64,000 nt of DNA from Candidatus Flavonifractor intestinipullorum (lineage in GTDB: Bacteria > Bacillota > Clostridia > Oscillospirales > Oscillospiraceae): assembly GCA_019118925.1 (NCBI GenBank), contig DWYC01000053.1, positions 73,557-137,556 of the forward strand, read 5' to 3'. Below are positions 38,001 through 45,831 of this stretch, one piece after another. The notes under the pieces were generated by a model. It worked only from the letters and a program-made list of their open reading frames with translations, was not told the DNA's origin and did not search any database. How positions within the stretch are numbered: the stretch's first letter is position 1; each line of letters starts with the position of its first letter. A program made the translations under genes and the position numbers.

Positions 38001-39992
38001 CTCCTCCAGGGCGTCCACGCCCATGAGGTCGAAAAAGTCCAGCATGGCCGGAATATCGCCGCCGTTGGAGCGCTCGTTGATCCGCACCGCCGACAGCCGC
38101 CGGGCGAAGGTCTCCGCCTGGGCAGCGGAGAGCTGGTCAAAGCGCACCTCCTGCCGCTGGTCCAGGGGGTCGGCCACGCTGTACACCGCCGAACACGCCC
38201 CGTCGTCCTGAATCATGTAGGTGCACTCGTTGGGCAGATCCTCGTACCGCTGGGCCAGAAGCACCGTGGTCAGGCCGTACTCCGGCCTGGGGTTGAGGAT
38301 ATACTGGGCCGCCGGCTCATTTTCCAGCAGGGCCGGGTCGTCCAGAAAGAGCACATAGTGGGGCAGGGGGGCGGCGCCGTCCTCCTGCCGCTCCTCCGCC
38401 CGGGCCCGCAGGAGCTTGGAGAGGGCATAGAGCACCTCCCGGCCCTCCTCCCGGGTGCGGGCGAAAAAGCGCAGCTTGCGGTCCTCCGACCACACGTGGG
38501 GGAGCCACCGGGCAAAGGCCCATCCCTCCAAATCCGGCCCGCCGCCCCGGCTGCCCACAAAGGCCAGCTTGACCTCGGTATAGCAGTGGGTCGCGGCCAG
38601 CTGCACGATCAGCATCCGGGCCAGGGCAAAGCTCCCGCGCAGATCCCGCCCCACCAGGCCCACCAACCGGTGCTCCCGCAGGTCCACGCCCACCGGCACG
38701 TCCCGGAGAATGCGGTACTGCTCTTTGAGGGTCTCGGGCCGCTGGGCCATGGGATCGCTGACTAGGGAGAAGCGCTGGGCCTGGACCCGGATGTCCATCT
38801 GAAAGGGCAGGTCGCCCTGCCCCACCCGGACGTAGAGAAAGTCGGGGTGGCTGGGATTGCGGTTCCACAGACGGACCTCCTCCCGGTCGTAGGCCGCGCA
38901 CGCCTGGGCCGGGGGGTAGGCGTCCCGCAGAACGGCGGCGTTGTACTCCTGCTTCTCCTTGAGATAGTCGGTGATGCGGATGAGATATTGGGAGTAGGCC
39001 TCAAAGCGCAGCTCCTTCTCCTCCCGCTCCCGCCGGGCCGCGTAGCGCAGGTTCAAAAGCGCCCAAACCACGCCCAGCAGGGCCGAGGTCACCGCCGTCA
39101 CCAGCCCGGTATACATGTATACGCCGCCGCCGCTCCCGCCCCGGCCGTAGATGGCCAGCATACACCCCAGCAGCATGGGGATGGCCATGGTGAACGACGG
39201 GCCGATGGTCAGCAGGAGCGGACGCTTCTCCCGGGCCCGGAGGGCGGGCGGCGCTTCAATCTCCAGGAGCTCCTCGCACACCCGGGGCAGGTTGCGGGGG
39301 GAGCGGCGGAAATAGCGCGTTTTTTTCTCCCGGCCGGCCGCCGGGGGGCGGGGGAGGGCCGGCCGCACCGGGCGCAGGTACTCCCGGTGGATGCGCACCC
39401 CCGGCCGGCGGCTGCTCACCGCCAGCATGCTCCCCAAAAAGACAATCTTCACGCCGAAGATGTTGATGCACTCTCCAAAGCGGAGCACCCGGCCGGAGCT
39501 CACCCGCTCCAGGCCGATGTAGGTGCCGTTGGTGCTGGCGTCCTCCAGCACCCAGCTCTCCCCCCGCCGCAGCAGGCGGGCGTGGTGGGCCGACACCAGC
39601 CCCAGGCTGTTGACACAGATGACGTTTTGTTCCGCCTTGCCGATGGTCACCTCCGAGAGGCCTTCCAGGCTGAATTTCTCAAATACCTCCAGAGACTGTT
39701 CCACCCCGGTGACCGCCATCGTCACCAGCCCCGCGCCCTCCGGACGCAGGCGCACAATATCCCCCGGCGCCAGGGCCCGGCCGAAGCAGTCCTCCTCCCG
39801 CCGCAGCAGGCGATAGTCCTGACTGCGCCGGACGCTCCACTTGCCGTCCACGCCCTCCAGGTGCAGTTCCAGGTCCTCCTCCAGCTGGTAGCGGGCCCGG
39901 TCCAGACGGATGGTCACCGTCACGTTGTCCTCGGCGGGGAGGAGCACCTCCTCAAAGGCCGCGCCGGTATAAAAAGCCAGTAGCAAGCTCAC
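35019..39992 (-). CDS. essC: Type VII secretion FtsK/SpoIIIE ATPase
   Basis: N-terminal FHA, RSPR, 2 TM, HGPHGLLAGTTGSGKSE, IDFKGGG, IDEFAELK, GRSLGVHLILATQ, GVVDSGKST and a degenerate third ATPase domain; 1657 aa. Confidence 0.96.
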   Translation of the reverse strand: MSLLLAFYTGAAFEEVLLPAEDNVTVTIRLDRARYQLEEDLELHLEGVDGKWSVRRSQDYRLLRREEDCFGRALAPGDIVRLRPEGAGLVTMAVTGVEQSLEVFEKFSLEGLSEVTIGKAEQNVICVNSLGLVSAHHARLLRRGESWVLEDASTNGTYIGLERVSSGRVLRFGECINIFGVKIVFLGSMLAVSSRRPGVRIHREYLRPVRPALPRPPAAGREKKTRYFRRSPRNLPRVCEELLEIEAPPALRAREKRPLLLTIGPSFTMAIPMLLGCMLAIYGRGGSGGGVYMYTGLVTAVTSALLGVVWALLNLRYAARREREEKELRFEAYSQYLIRITDYLKEKQEYNAAVLRDAYPPAQACAAYDREEVRLWNRNPSHPDFLYVRVGQGDLPFQMDIRVQAQRFSLVSDPMAQRPETLKEQYRILRDVPVGVDLREHRLVGLVGRDLRGSFALARMLIVQLAATHCYTEVKLAFVGSRGGGPDLEGWAFARWLPHVWSEDRKLRFFARTREEGREVLYALSKLLRARAEERQEDGAAPLPHYVLFLDDPALLENEPAAQYILNPRPEYGLTTVLLAQRYEDLPNECTYMIQDDGACSAVYSVADPLDQRQEVRFDQLSAAQAETFARRLSAVRINERSNGGDIPAMLDFFDLMGVDALEELDVAGRWKKNRTYESLRAPVGRKAGGADCYLDVHEKYHGPHGLLAGTTGSGKSETLQTYILSLAVNFSPQDVAFLLIDFKGGGMANLFAKLPHTAGIISNLSGSQIRRAMVSIKSENLRRQRIFGEYGVNHIDAYTKLFKNREAGEPIPHLLIVIDEFAELKREEPDFMRELISVAQVGRSLGVHLILATQKPGGNVDDNIRSNTRFKLCLRVQDRQDSVEMLHKPDAAYITQVGRCYLQVGNDEVYELFQSAWSGARYDAEARRNRTETARMLDATGRAAMAGSRAEIRRKERQRLAWAALLAGYLQSAGRSLGLSPAAHPVGAEREKLLDEAVAALCAGAAPYADTRRNRVQLGKMLDLWPAQGDLESGKLAAALVRALEARGEKLPEWKEKSQLDAVVEYLAAQAVQTGCESRLRLWLPPLPEQLALEQLWGGSLPPAGSWPGEGAEWTLETAVGLCDAPESQLQPVLHVDFAANGHYALCGVVDSGKSTFLQTLLFGLVNRYSPDHLNIYALDFSAGKLSVFQDLPHVGGVMDGSDPERIRKFFGMLERMAQQRQKLLAGGGYRQYVKAHGKTLPAVLVVIDQYAAFREKTANAYDAVLLRLSSVGVSCGIYLCLTAGGFGAAEIPSRLAENLRATLCLEMGDKFKYGDVLRTMRFSTLPEANVKGRGLVNLGGSVLEFQTALPAPGEDDYQRSAAMEKRCQALAAAWTGRQAAPVPTIPEKPVWSQLRALEEFQTRIADERSLPLGYREEDASVFAVDLSQTACYLVAGKARTGRTTALRLLMESAREKGGRLVVWDTPAGELKKQAQDLGAAYINSRKGLFQFWKDIKPEYERRSLDYKRPLTEKGLSDEEIFQAMGGLEKVYVFIHDLGAYLDDVYAPADPEAGIGVMSGLVENIWSKNKLYQIYFFAGFDADKTAQYTGRRAFNAFVGYHTGLLLGGEVDRQKLFSFDNLPYAERARASKPGQALAAQADRPGQAERVVLPQWKG

Positions 39993-39996
39993 TGCG

Positions 39997-41235
39997 TTAC
40001 CTCCCCGTGCGCTCCGCGATCAATTCCACCCACACCTGCATGGCACCCAGCCGGAGCAGGTCCCCGTTTTCCAGCGGGGTCGGCGTTCCCCGTGGGACCG
40101 CCAGGCGGGCGGTCCCACGCTGAATCCAAATGGGGTTCCGGGCGCCCGCGTCCTCCACCAGGACCTGCCGTCCATCCCAGAAAAAGCGGCAGTGGTGGCC
40201 GGAAACCGCCCGGTCGTTGAGCACCAGGCGGTTGTCCTCCAGCCGGCCCGCCGTCAGCGGCTGTTCCAGATCAAAGACCCGGTTCAGGCCGTTCTGCCGG
40301 TCCACCAGATGCAGGCGGGGCCGCCCGTCCGCGTCCAGCAGCACCGTGCCGCTGCTCTGCCGGGGGGCGGGGATTACCTGGGTGGACCGCCCGCCCCGGG
40401 GGGCCGCATTTCCCCCCGAGGGGCTTTGGGAGGGGGCCAGCTTCTCGTCCAGCGCCTGTTCCCGTTCCCGCTCCCGGGCGGCGGCCTGTCTTTTTTTGGC
40501 GCCGCTGCGGCGCACCAGCACCACGATGAGCACCGCCAGCGCCGCCGCGCCCGCGCCCGCTCCAACCAGCGCCCACACATAGCCGGGCACGCCCTGCTCC
40601 GTTTCCACCGGCGTCTCCAAATAAAGGCGGAATTCCGAGAGCAGCAGCACCGCCTCCTCCACCGTCATGGTGCCGGTGGGGTCGAAATTGTCATTTTCGT
40701 CCAGGGGCATCAGGCCGCACTGGACCATATAGCCCACCGCCTGCATGGCCCAGTCGGCGACCTCCACATGGTCCTCAATGTTCAGGCCCTGGGTGTAATC
40801 CCGGGTGCTGTCCCAGTGGTCCGGGGCCATCTTCTGAATAAAATTCGCCAGAATGGAGGCCACTTCCTGACGTTCCGCGTCCGCCTGGGGGCTGAAGGAG
40901 CGCACGCCGCTGCCCACCACCAGCTCATATTTTTTGGCCAGCGAGATGTACTTGTTCTCGTCGGTCACATCGTCAAAGGCCTCTTCCTTCTGCGCGTCGG
41001 TGAGCCGGGCGTAGAGCTGGTCCACCGTGGTCTCCTCCAGCTCGGCCATCAGAGAGACCACCAGGTAGCAAAATCCCTCCCGGTCGATGGGCTCGTTATA
41101 GGCCTGAAAATAACTCTCCGTATTCTCCTGGGCATACTGCTCCTCCACCGGGTCGGGCGTGGCCGCCGCCCGGGCCGGAACGGCGCACAGAGCGGCCGCC
41201 AGCAGCAGCGCCGCCATCCGCGTTCTGATCTTCAT
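39997..41235 (-). CDS. Signal peptide - SLH domains - TM - FHA domain protein
   Basis: Signal peptide; SLH-like AERQEVASIL and DWAMQAV..GLM..FDPTGTMTVEEA; TM helix; FHA GR..VSGHH; start moved to MKIRTRM. Confidence 0.82.
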   Translation of the reverse strand: MKIRTRMAALLLAAALCAVPARAAATPDPVEEQYAQENTESYFQAYNEPIDREGFCYLVVSLMAELEETTVDQLYARLTDAQKEEAFDDVTDENKYISLAKKYELVVGSGVRSFSPQADAERQEVASILANFIQKMAPDHWDSTRDYTQGLNIEDHVEVADWAMQAVGYMVQCGLMPLDENDNFDPTGTMTVEEAVLLLSEFRLYLETPVETEQGVPGYVWALVGAGAGAAALAVLIVVLVRRSGAKKRQAAAREREREQALDEKLAPSQSPSGGNAAPRGGRSTQVIPAPRQSSGTVLLDADGRPRLHLVDRQNGLNRVFDLEQPLTAGRLEDNRLVLNDRAVSGHHCRFFWDGRQVLVEDAGARNPIWIQRGTARLAVPRGTPTPLENGDLLRLGAMQVWVELIAERTGR

Positions 41236-41335
41236 GCCTCTCTCCATCCTTTGCCGGACCTCTGTCCCGCTCAAAATTAACATAGGATAATTTCTTGTCC
41301 CTTTGCGTCTTTTTATGCAGGGGCGTGTTTTCGTC

Positions 41336-41364
41336 ATTATACCATACGCCCGGACGCTTCTCAA
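41336..41364 (-). promoter_or_regulatory. SigA promoter of the T7SS operon
   Basis: TTGAGA-17-(TGG)TATAAT on the minus strand. Confidence 0.72.
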
Positions 41365-41467
41365 CCTGAATAGCAGGAAGGCGCCATATTTCTATGATTC
41401 GTCCGATAAAACCCGGATAATTTTTTTCGTTCGGCCCGGCCGGGAAATGCGCTCCCGCCGCGCGTCA

Positions 41468-41496
41468 CATACCCGCCGGAGGGGACACATATACAT
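41468..41496 (+). promoter_or_regulatory. Candidate SigE (mother-cell) promoter of spoIIID
   Basis: cATA-N16-CATATA; spoIIID is SigE-dependent in Bacillota. Confidence 0.45.
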
Positions 41497-41534
41497 GAGA
41501 GTGTATCTCCATAGAACAGGGGAGTTGTTGCCGT

Positions 41535-41783
41535 GTGAAGGGAAATATTGAAGAGCGCGCCACCCAGCTAGCCCTATACCTCATTGAACAGAAGGCCACC
41601 GTCCGCGCCGCCGCGCAGATCTTCGGCATCTCCAAATCTACCGTACATAAAGACCTATCGGAGCGGCTGCCCAGCTTCAACCGGCCGCTCTACCTCCAGG
41701 TCAAGGCGATTTTGGACGAGAACAAAGCGGAGCGGCATATCCGGGGCGGCATCGCGACCCGCCGCAAATACCGGGGTATCTGA
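41535..41783 (+). CDS. spoIIID: Sporulation transcription regulator SpoIIID
   Basis: IEER..ATVRAAAQIFGISKSTVHKD..ERL..NKAERHIRGG. Confidence 0.96.
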   Translation: MKGNIEERATQLALYLIEQKATVRAAAQIFGISKSTVHKDLSERLPSFNRPLYLQVKAILDENKAERHIRGGIATRRKYRGI

Positions 41784-41795
41784 ACCGGAACCAAG

Positions 41796-41838
41796 CAGGG
41801 CGTCTCTCTGGACCGGCAAGGCCAAGAGAGACGCCCTG
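41796..41838. terminator. Hairpin between convergent spoIIID and the small membrane protein gene
   Basis: CAGGGCGTCTCTCT..AGAGAGACGCCCTG. Confidence 0.7.
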
Positions 41839-41855
41839 TAACGTCGAAATGCGGT

Positions 41856-42164
41856 TCAGCCGCCCAGAAACGCCATCAGAATTCCCACCGACGCGGCCAC
41901 CACCGCCAGCGTGGCCGCCGCGTCCAGAGCCAAAACCAGCCTGGTTCCGGATTTTCCGCGGGTTTCCCAATCGGGAGTTACCTCCTGGGGCGCATTTTCC
42001 CGGTTTAATTCCTCCCGCTCCCGGCGGTAAGCCGTCAAATCCAGCACCTTTCCCGTTCTCCCTAAGTCCGGAGCCGGAGCAGAGGGGCGAACCCAGCACC
42101 GGGCGCCCCCGCTGGCCTCTTCCCCCAGCCGGCAGACCTGAATGTTGAGATATCTGGTTTCCAT
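41856..42164 (-). CDS. Small hypothetical protein with a C-terminal TM helix, putative SOS-induced
   Basis: GAGGAGG RBS, ATG 42164 (METRYL..), 102 aa, hydrophobic C-terminus; own promoter carries LexA boxes. Confidence 0.7.
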   Translation of the reverse strand: METRYLNIQVCRLGEEASGGARCWVRPSAPAPDLGRTGKVLDLTAYRREREELNRENAPQEVTPDWETRGKSGTRLVLALDAAATLAVVAASVGILMAFLGG

Positions 42165-42254
42165 ATGGCCCCTCCTCGGTTCGCCCGCCCAAAACGCGGC
42201 TGTTTCTCCACGAATTTGGCTTCCGTTGTGTGGAATTTGTTCCCGCCCCAAAAA

Positions 42255-42301
42255 GAACTTTTGTTCTATCCAATTATACAACATACGTTCTATTTTGGCA
42301 A
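42255..42301 (-). promoter_or_regulatory. SigA promoter overlapped by two LexA (Cheo) boxes
   Basis: TTGCCA-17-TATAAT; GAACttttGTTC at 42255-42266 (perfect) and GAACgtatGTTG on the minus strand at 42279-42290, within the spacer. Confidence 0.78.
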
Positions 42302-42317
42302 GACTTTTTTCACCGCG

Positions 42318-42353
42318 CAAAAAAACCGCGGGGGACACATGTCCTCCGCGGTT
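42318..42353 (-). terminator. Terminator after jag
   Basis: AACCGCGG..CCGCGGTTTTTTTT on the minus strand. Confidence 0.7.
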
Positions 42354-42377
42354 GGATGGGCTCAAAACTGCTGGCCC

Positions 42378-43154
42378 TTACCGGTGTTCGCCCCGGCTGT
42401 AAGCCACCACCGTGCGGCGGTTGGGCTCGGTGCCCACCGAATAGGTGGTCACATCGGGGTAGTCCTGAAGGGCGGTGTGGATCACATGGCGCTCATAGGC
42501 GTTCATGGGCTCCAGCGTAACATTCCGGCGGTACTTGACCACCTTGCCGGCCACCTTACGGGCCAGGCGCTCCAGGGATTCCTCCCGCTTGGCGCGGTAG
42601 TGCTCGGCGTCCACATGGATACGCACGCGCTTGCTCTGGCCCCGGTTTACCGCGTAAACCGTCAGCTGCTGAATGGCGTCCAGCGTCTCTCCCCGGCGGC
42701 CGATGAGGCCGCCCAGGTGCTCGCCCACCAGCTCCACCTGGTAATTGCCCCGCTCGTCCAGAGCAATGCGGGGGGCCGCCTGAGCTCCCATATGGGAGAG
42801 CAGCCCGGTGAGGAACGTCTCAATCCGCGCCACCACCGCATCATCTGCCCCTGCGGCGGGCGGAGTGGGGGGAGGAGAGGAAACTTCCACTTTTTCCACC
42901 GGTTTTTCCACAGGCTGCTCCGGCTGGGGAGCCGGGGCGGCGGGTACCGTCTCCGGCTGTTCCTGCGGAGGCTCGTCGGGGACCTCATAGGTCACTTTAA
43001 TTTTCGCCGGACAGCTTCCGATGCCCAAAAAGCCCGATTTGGCCCGCTCCAAAATCTCAACCGAGACGTCGTCCCGGTCCAACCCCAATTGGACCAGCGC
43101 GGCCTCAATGGCGGCCTCTTCGTTTTTACCCGTACACTCAATCCATTTCAGCAC
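42378..43154 (-). CDS. jag: RNA-binding protein Jag/EloR (KhpB)
   Basis: Jag N-domain, KH LIGRRGETLDAIQ, R3H ERHVIH. Confidence 0.96.
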   Translation of the reverse strand: MLKWIECTGKNEEAAIEAALVQLGLDRDDVSVEILERAKSGFLGIGSCPAKIKVTYEVPDEPPQEQPETVPAAPAPQPEQPVEKPVEKVEVSSPPPTPPAAGADDAVVARIETFLTGLLSHMGAQAAPRIALDERGNYQVELVGEHLGGLIGRRGETLDAIQQLTVYAVNRGQSKRVRIHVDAEHYRAKREESLERLARKVAGKVVKYRRNVTLEPMNAYERHVIHTALQDYPDVTTYSVGTEPNRRTVVAYSRGEHR

Positions 43155-43160
43155 GACCGA

Positions 43161-44558
43161 TCACTCCTTTTCTTCGTTCTCCGGAACCGGGGGCTCCGCA
43201 GGCTCCGCCTGGTTTTCCGGGGCGGCGGTACGCTTGCCCTCGGGGGTCACCGTGTCGCCGGACGGTTCCACCGGAGCGGCACCGTCGGTGGATTTTTTCC
43301 TGCGCCCAAAGAAGCCCTTTTTCTCCTGGGGCTGTTGCTCCGCCTTTTTCGCCTCGTCCCAGTCCCGGTCGGGATCGTGATAGGGAGTCGGGCCGTCGGG
43401 GCTGTAGCGATTGGGGTCATAGGCCCGGCCCCGGGCATACGAGCGCATTCCGATACCGCTGACCGAAATGACGGCGGCATCGCCCTTGCCCTCTTTCTCC
43501 ATGGCGCTGAGGAGCTCTTTTTTCTTCTTGCCCTTGGCGTTTTTGACCTCTTCGGCCCGGCGGGCCCGCTCTTCTGCGGCTTTGCGCTTGCGCTCCTTCT
43601 CCTCTTCCTTCTCCAGGCGCTCCTGCTCGGCCTGCTTGGCGGCGGCGGCCTCATAGTCCTTCTTCAGGAGCTTGCCGCTGATGAATTCCGTGCCCATGCT
43701 CAGCACATTCTGAATAATCCAGTACAGGCACAGGGCCGCCGGCATGGAAAAGCCGATCCACAGGGAGATGAGGGGCGAGATGATCATCATCGTCTTCATG
43801 CTGGAGTTGTTGCTCATGGCCTGGGCGCTCTGTTTATTGATCGCATTGGTCTTTTGGGAGATCAGAGTAAAGACCAAACCGCTGACCGCCGAGATCACCG
43901 GCAGCAGGAACAGGGCAAATCCGCCGTCCATGGTCCAGAAGCGGAGCTGGGGAATTCGGGACAGATCAAAAATACCCAGGAAATCAAAGTTCAGGGCAAA
44001 AATATTGGCGCCGTATTCCCCGGCGGCGGCCTGCACCGCCTGCAGGTTATCGGGGGTAATCAGCGAGGCCAGGTAGAGCTGATTATAGGCGCCGGCATTG
44101 GTATAAGCCTCTCCGGCGGTACGGATCCAGCCGTTGTCAAAGGCCACCTGACCCCAATTGACCACCTCGGCAATGGCGGGCAGCACATCCCGGCTCACGT
44201 CCATCAGGTAATAGAGGGGTTCCCGGATGATCGAATACAGGGGCCAGAGGATGAGCAGGGGGATAAAAGACCACAGGCATCCGCTCATGGGATTGACCTT
44301 TTCCCGCTCGTAAAGCTTTTGTATCTCCTGGTTATAGCGCTCCCGGTCCTTGCCGTACTGCTTTTGCAGCTGCTGCATCTTGCCCGAGACCATGTTCATC
44401 TGGATCATGCTCCGCTTTCCCTTGAGCTGGAAGGGGAAAAGGATCATCTTTACCACCACGGCAAAGAGAATCAGAGCCAGACCGTAGCTCCCCGTCAGGG
44501 AGTAAAAGAAGTTCAGGACCCAGATAAAGGGTGTGAGTATCAGTTTGTACAGATCCAT
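43161..44558 (-). CDS. yidC: Membrane protein insertase YidC
   Basis: SYGLALILF, KLYEREKVNPMSGC and PAALCLYW; conserved rpmH-rnpA-yidD-yidC-jag order. Confidence 0.93.
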   Translation of the reverse strand: MDLYKLILTPFIWVLNFFYSLTGSYGLALILFAVVVKMILFPFQLKGKRSMIQMNMVSGKMQQLQKQYGKDRERYNQEIQKLYEREKVNPMSGCLWSFIPLLILWPLYSIIREPLYYLMDVSRDVLPAIAEVVNWGQVAFDNGWIRTAGEAYTNAGAYNQLYLASLITPDNLQAVQAAAGEYGANIFALNFDFLGIFDLSRIPQLRFWTMDGGFALFLLPVISAVSGLVFTLISQKTNAINKQSAQAMSNNSSMKTMMIISPLISLWIGFSMPAALCLYWIIQNVLSMGTEFISGKLLKKDYEAAAAKQAEQERLEKEEEKERKRKAAEERARRAEEVKNAKGKKKKELLSAMEKEGKGDAAVISVSGIGMRSYARGRAYDPNRYSPDGPTPYHDPDRDWDEAKKAEQQPQEKKGFFGRRKKSTDGAAPVEPSGDTVTPEGKRTAAPENQAEPAEPPVPENEEKE

Positions 44559-44600
44559 TTACTTGCCTCCAACGTGTCTTCAGTGGGCTTGGAAACACCG

Positions 44601-44819
44601 TTAGGGCACAGGGTCATATTCAATGCTCTTCTGGCGGTGAAAGGGATGGCATTTGCTCAGCCGGCGCAGCGCGAGCCAGCCCCCCTTCCAGGCCCCGTAC
44701 TTCTCCACCGCCTGGAGCGCATACTCCGAGCAGGTGGGGATAAAACGGCAGCAGGGAGGGGTGCAGGGGGAAATATACCGCCGGTAAAAGCGGATGAGGG
44801 CCAGCAAAAGCGCTTTCAC
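44601..44819 (-). CDS. yidD: Membrane protein insertion efficiency factor
   Basis: YISP..CRFIPTCSEYA..KCHPF..YDPVP. Confidence 0.95.
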   Translation of the reverse strand: MKALLLALIRFYRRYISPCTPPCCRFIPTCSEYALQAVEKYGAWKGGWLALRRLSKCHPFHRQKSIEYDPVP

Positions 44820-45163
44820 GGCTCCTCCTTTTTCAGCAGGCCCAGCCGGTCCATGGCGCGCAGCAAGCTGCGCTCAATCTCCCGGTAAGGCGCGAAGGCC
44901 GCTTTTACCCGGGCCACCACCACAATGTCGTAGCCCAGGACAAAACGTCCCTCGTGAATGCGGTAGGCCTCCCGAATGCGCCGGCGGGTGCGGTTGCGCA
45001 CCACCGCCTTGCCCAGCTTGCTCCCCACCGTCAGACCCAGGCGGTTCCCCCCGCCCCGGTTCTTCCGGCAGTAGACCGCCAGACAGGGCGAGACCGCCGA
45101 CTTCCCCTTGGAATAAAGCCGGCGGAAGACATGATTCTGTTTGATGGAGACGGTATTCTTCAC
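44816..45163 (-). CDS. rnpA: Ribonuclease P protein component
   Basis: RLGLTVGSKLGKAVVRNRTRRRIRE. Confidence 0.95.
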   Translation of the reverse strand: MKNTVSIKQNHVFRRLYSKGKSAVSPCLAVYCRKNRGGGNRLGLTVGSKLGKAVVRNRTRRRIREAYRIHEGRFVLGYDIVVVARVKAAFAPYREIERSLLRAMDRLGLLKKEEP

Positions 45164-45299
45164 GCGCTCACCTCATATGCCGGCCACATTTGCCAGATGC
45201 TATATAGGGGCGGTGGGATGAAACTCCCCCGCCCCTTCTATGACGCTATGCCCTTTGTGTCCCGGAACGCGGCCGTTCCAGTGGGTTGTCCGCCTGCTC

Positions 45300-45434
45300 T
45301 TAGTGAGAGAGACGGGCGCGGCCCTTGGCGCGGCGGCGAGCCAGCACCTTGCGGCCGTTGGCCGTGGCCATACGCTTGCGGAAGCCGTGCACTTTGGAGC
45401 GCTGGCGCTTCTTGGGCTGATAGGTACGAACCAT
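45300..45434 (-). CDS. rpmH: 50S ribosomal protein L34
   Basis: Not in the ORF track; [44 protein letters not shown]; AGGAGGT RBS. Confidence 0.98.
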   Translation of the reverse strand: MVRTYQPKKRQRSKVHGFRKRMATANGRKVLARRRAKGRARLSH

Positions 45435-45554
45435 TTGCGGTACACCTCCTGTCCGTATTCTGGCAGAGGAATTCCTCTGCCCGCCACAACGGCCGGAAGC
45501 CGGCCGCGGTCGTCAAAACACATCCCGCACCCGCCAAAGCATGGTGCATCCTGT

Positions 45555-45584
45555 ATTATAGCCTAAATGGAAAAGCCCTGTCAA
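45555..45584 (-). promoter_or_regulatory. SigA promoter of the rpmH operon
   Basis: TTGACA-18-TATAAT. Confidence 0.8.
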
Positions 45585-45589
45585 CCATC

Positions 45590-45760
45590 TCTTTTCCATT
45601 TCGTGCGGAAAAATCCGCATCCGCCGGGGAATTTTCCACATTCCTGCGCAATCCTGTGGAGAACTCCCCTCCGCGCTCCGGGAGACTTCTTTTTTATAAT
45701 GTGTGGGGTGGAAAATTCATTGCCTCCCACCCGATCTTTTGATATAATAATATGTCAACA
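45590..45760. other. oriC part 1 / dnaA promoter region with DnaA boxes
   Basis: TTTTCCACA (45632), TGTGGAGAA (45655) and further degenerate boxes upstream of dnaA. Confidence 0.75.
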
Positions 45761-45831
45761 TTTATCATGGGAGTATTCTGCCCCCACCGGCAAAAATTCT
45801 GCTCCCAGTTTCCTAAGGGGTGGTATCACTT

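Noticed and set aside
22764-41530. T7SS locus as a mobile island
   Set aside because: No integrase, transposase, tRNA target or flanking direct repeats seen; composition looks host-like.
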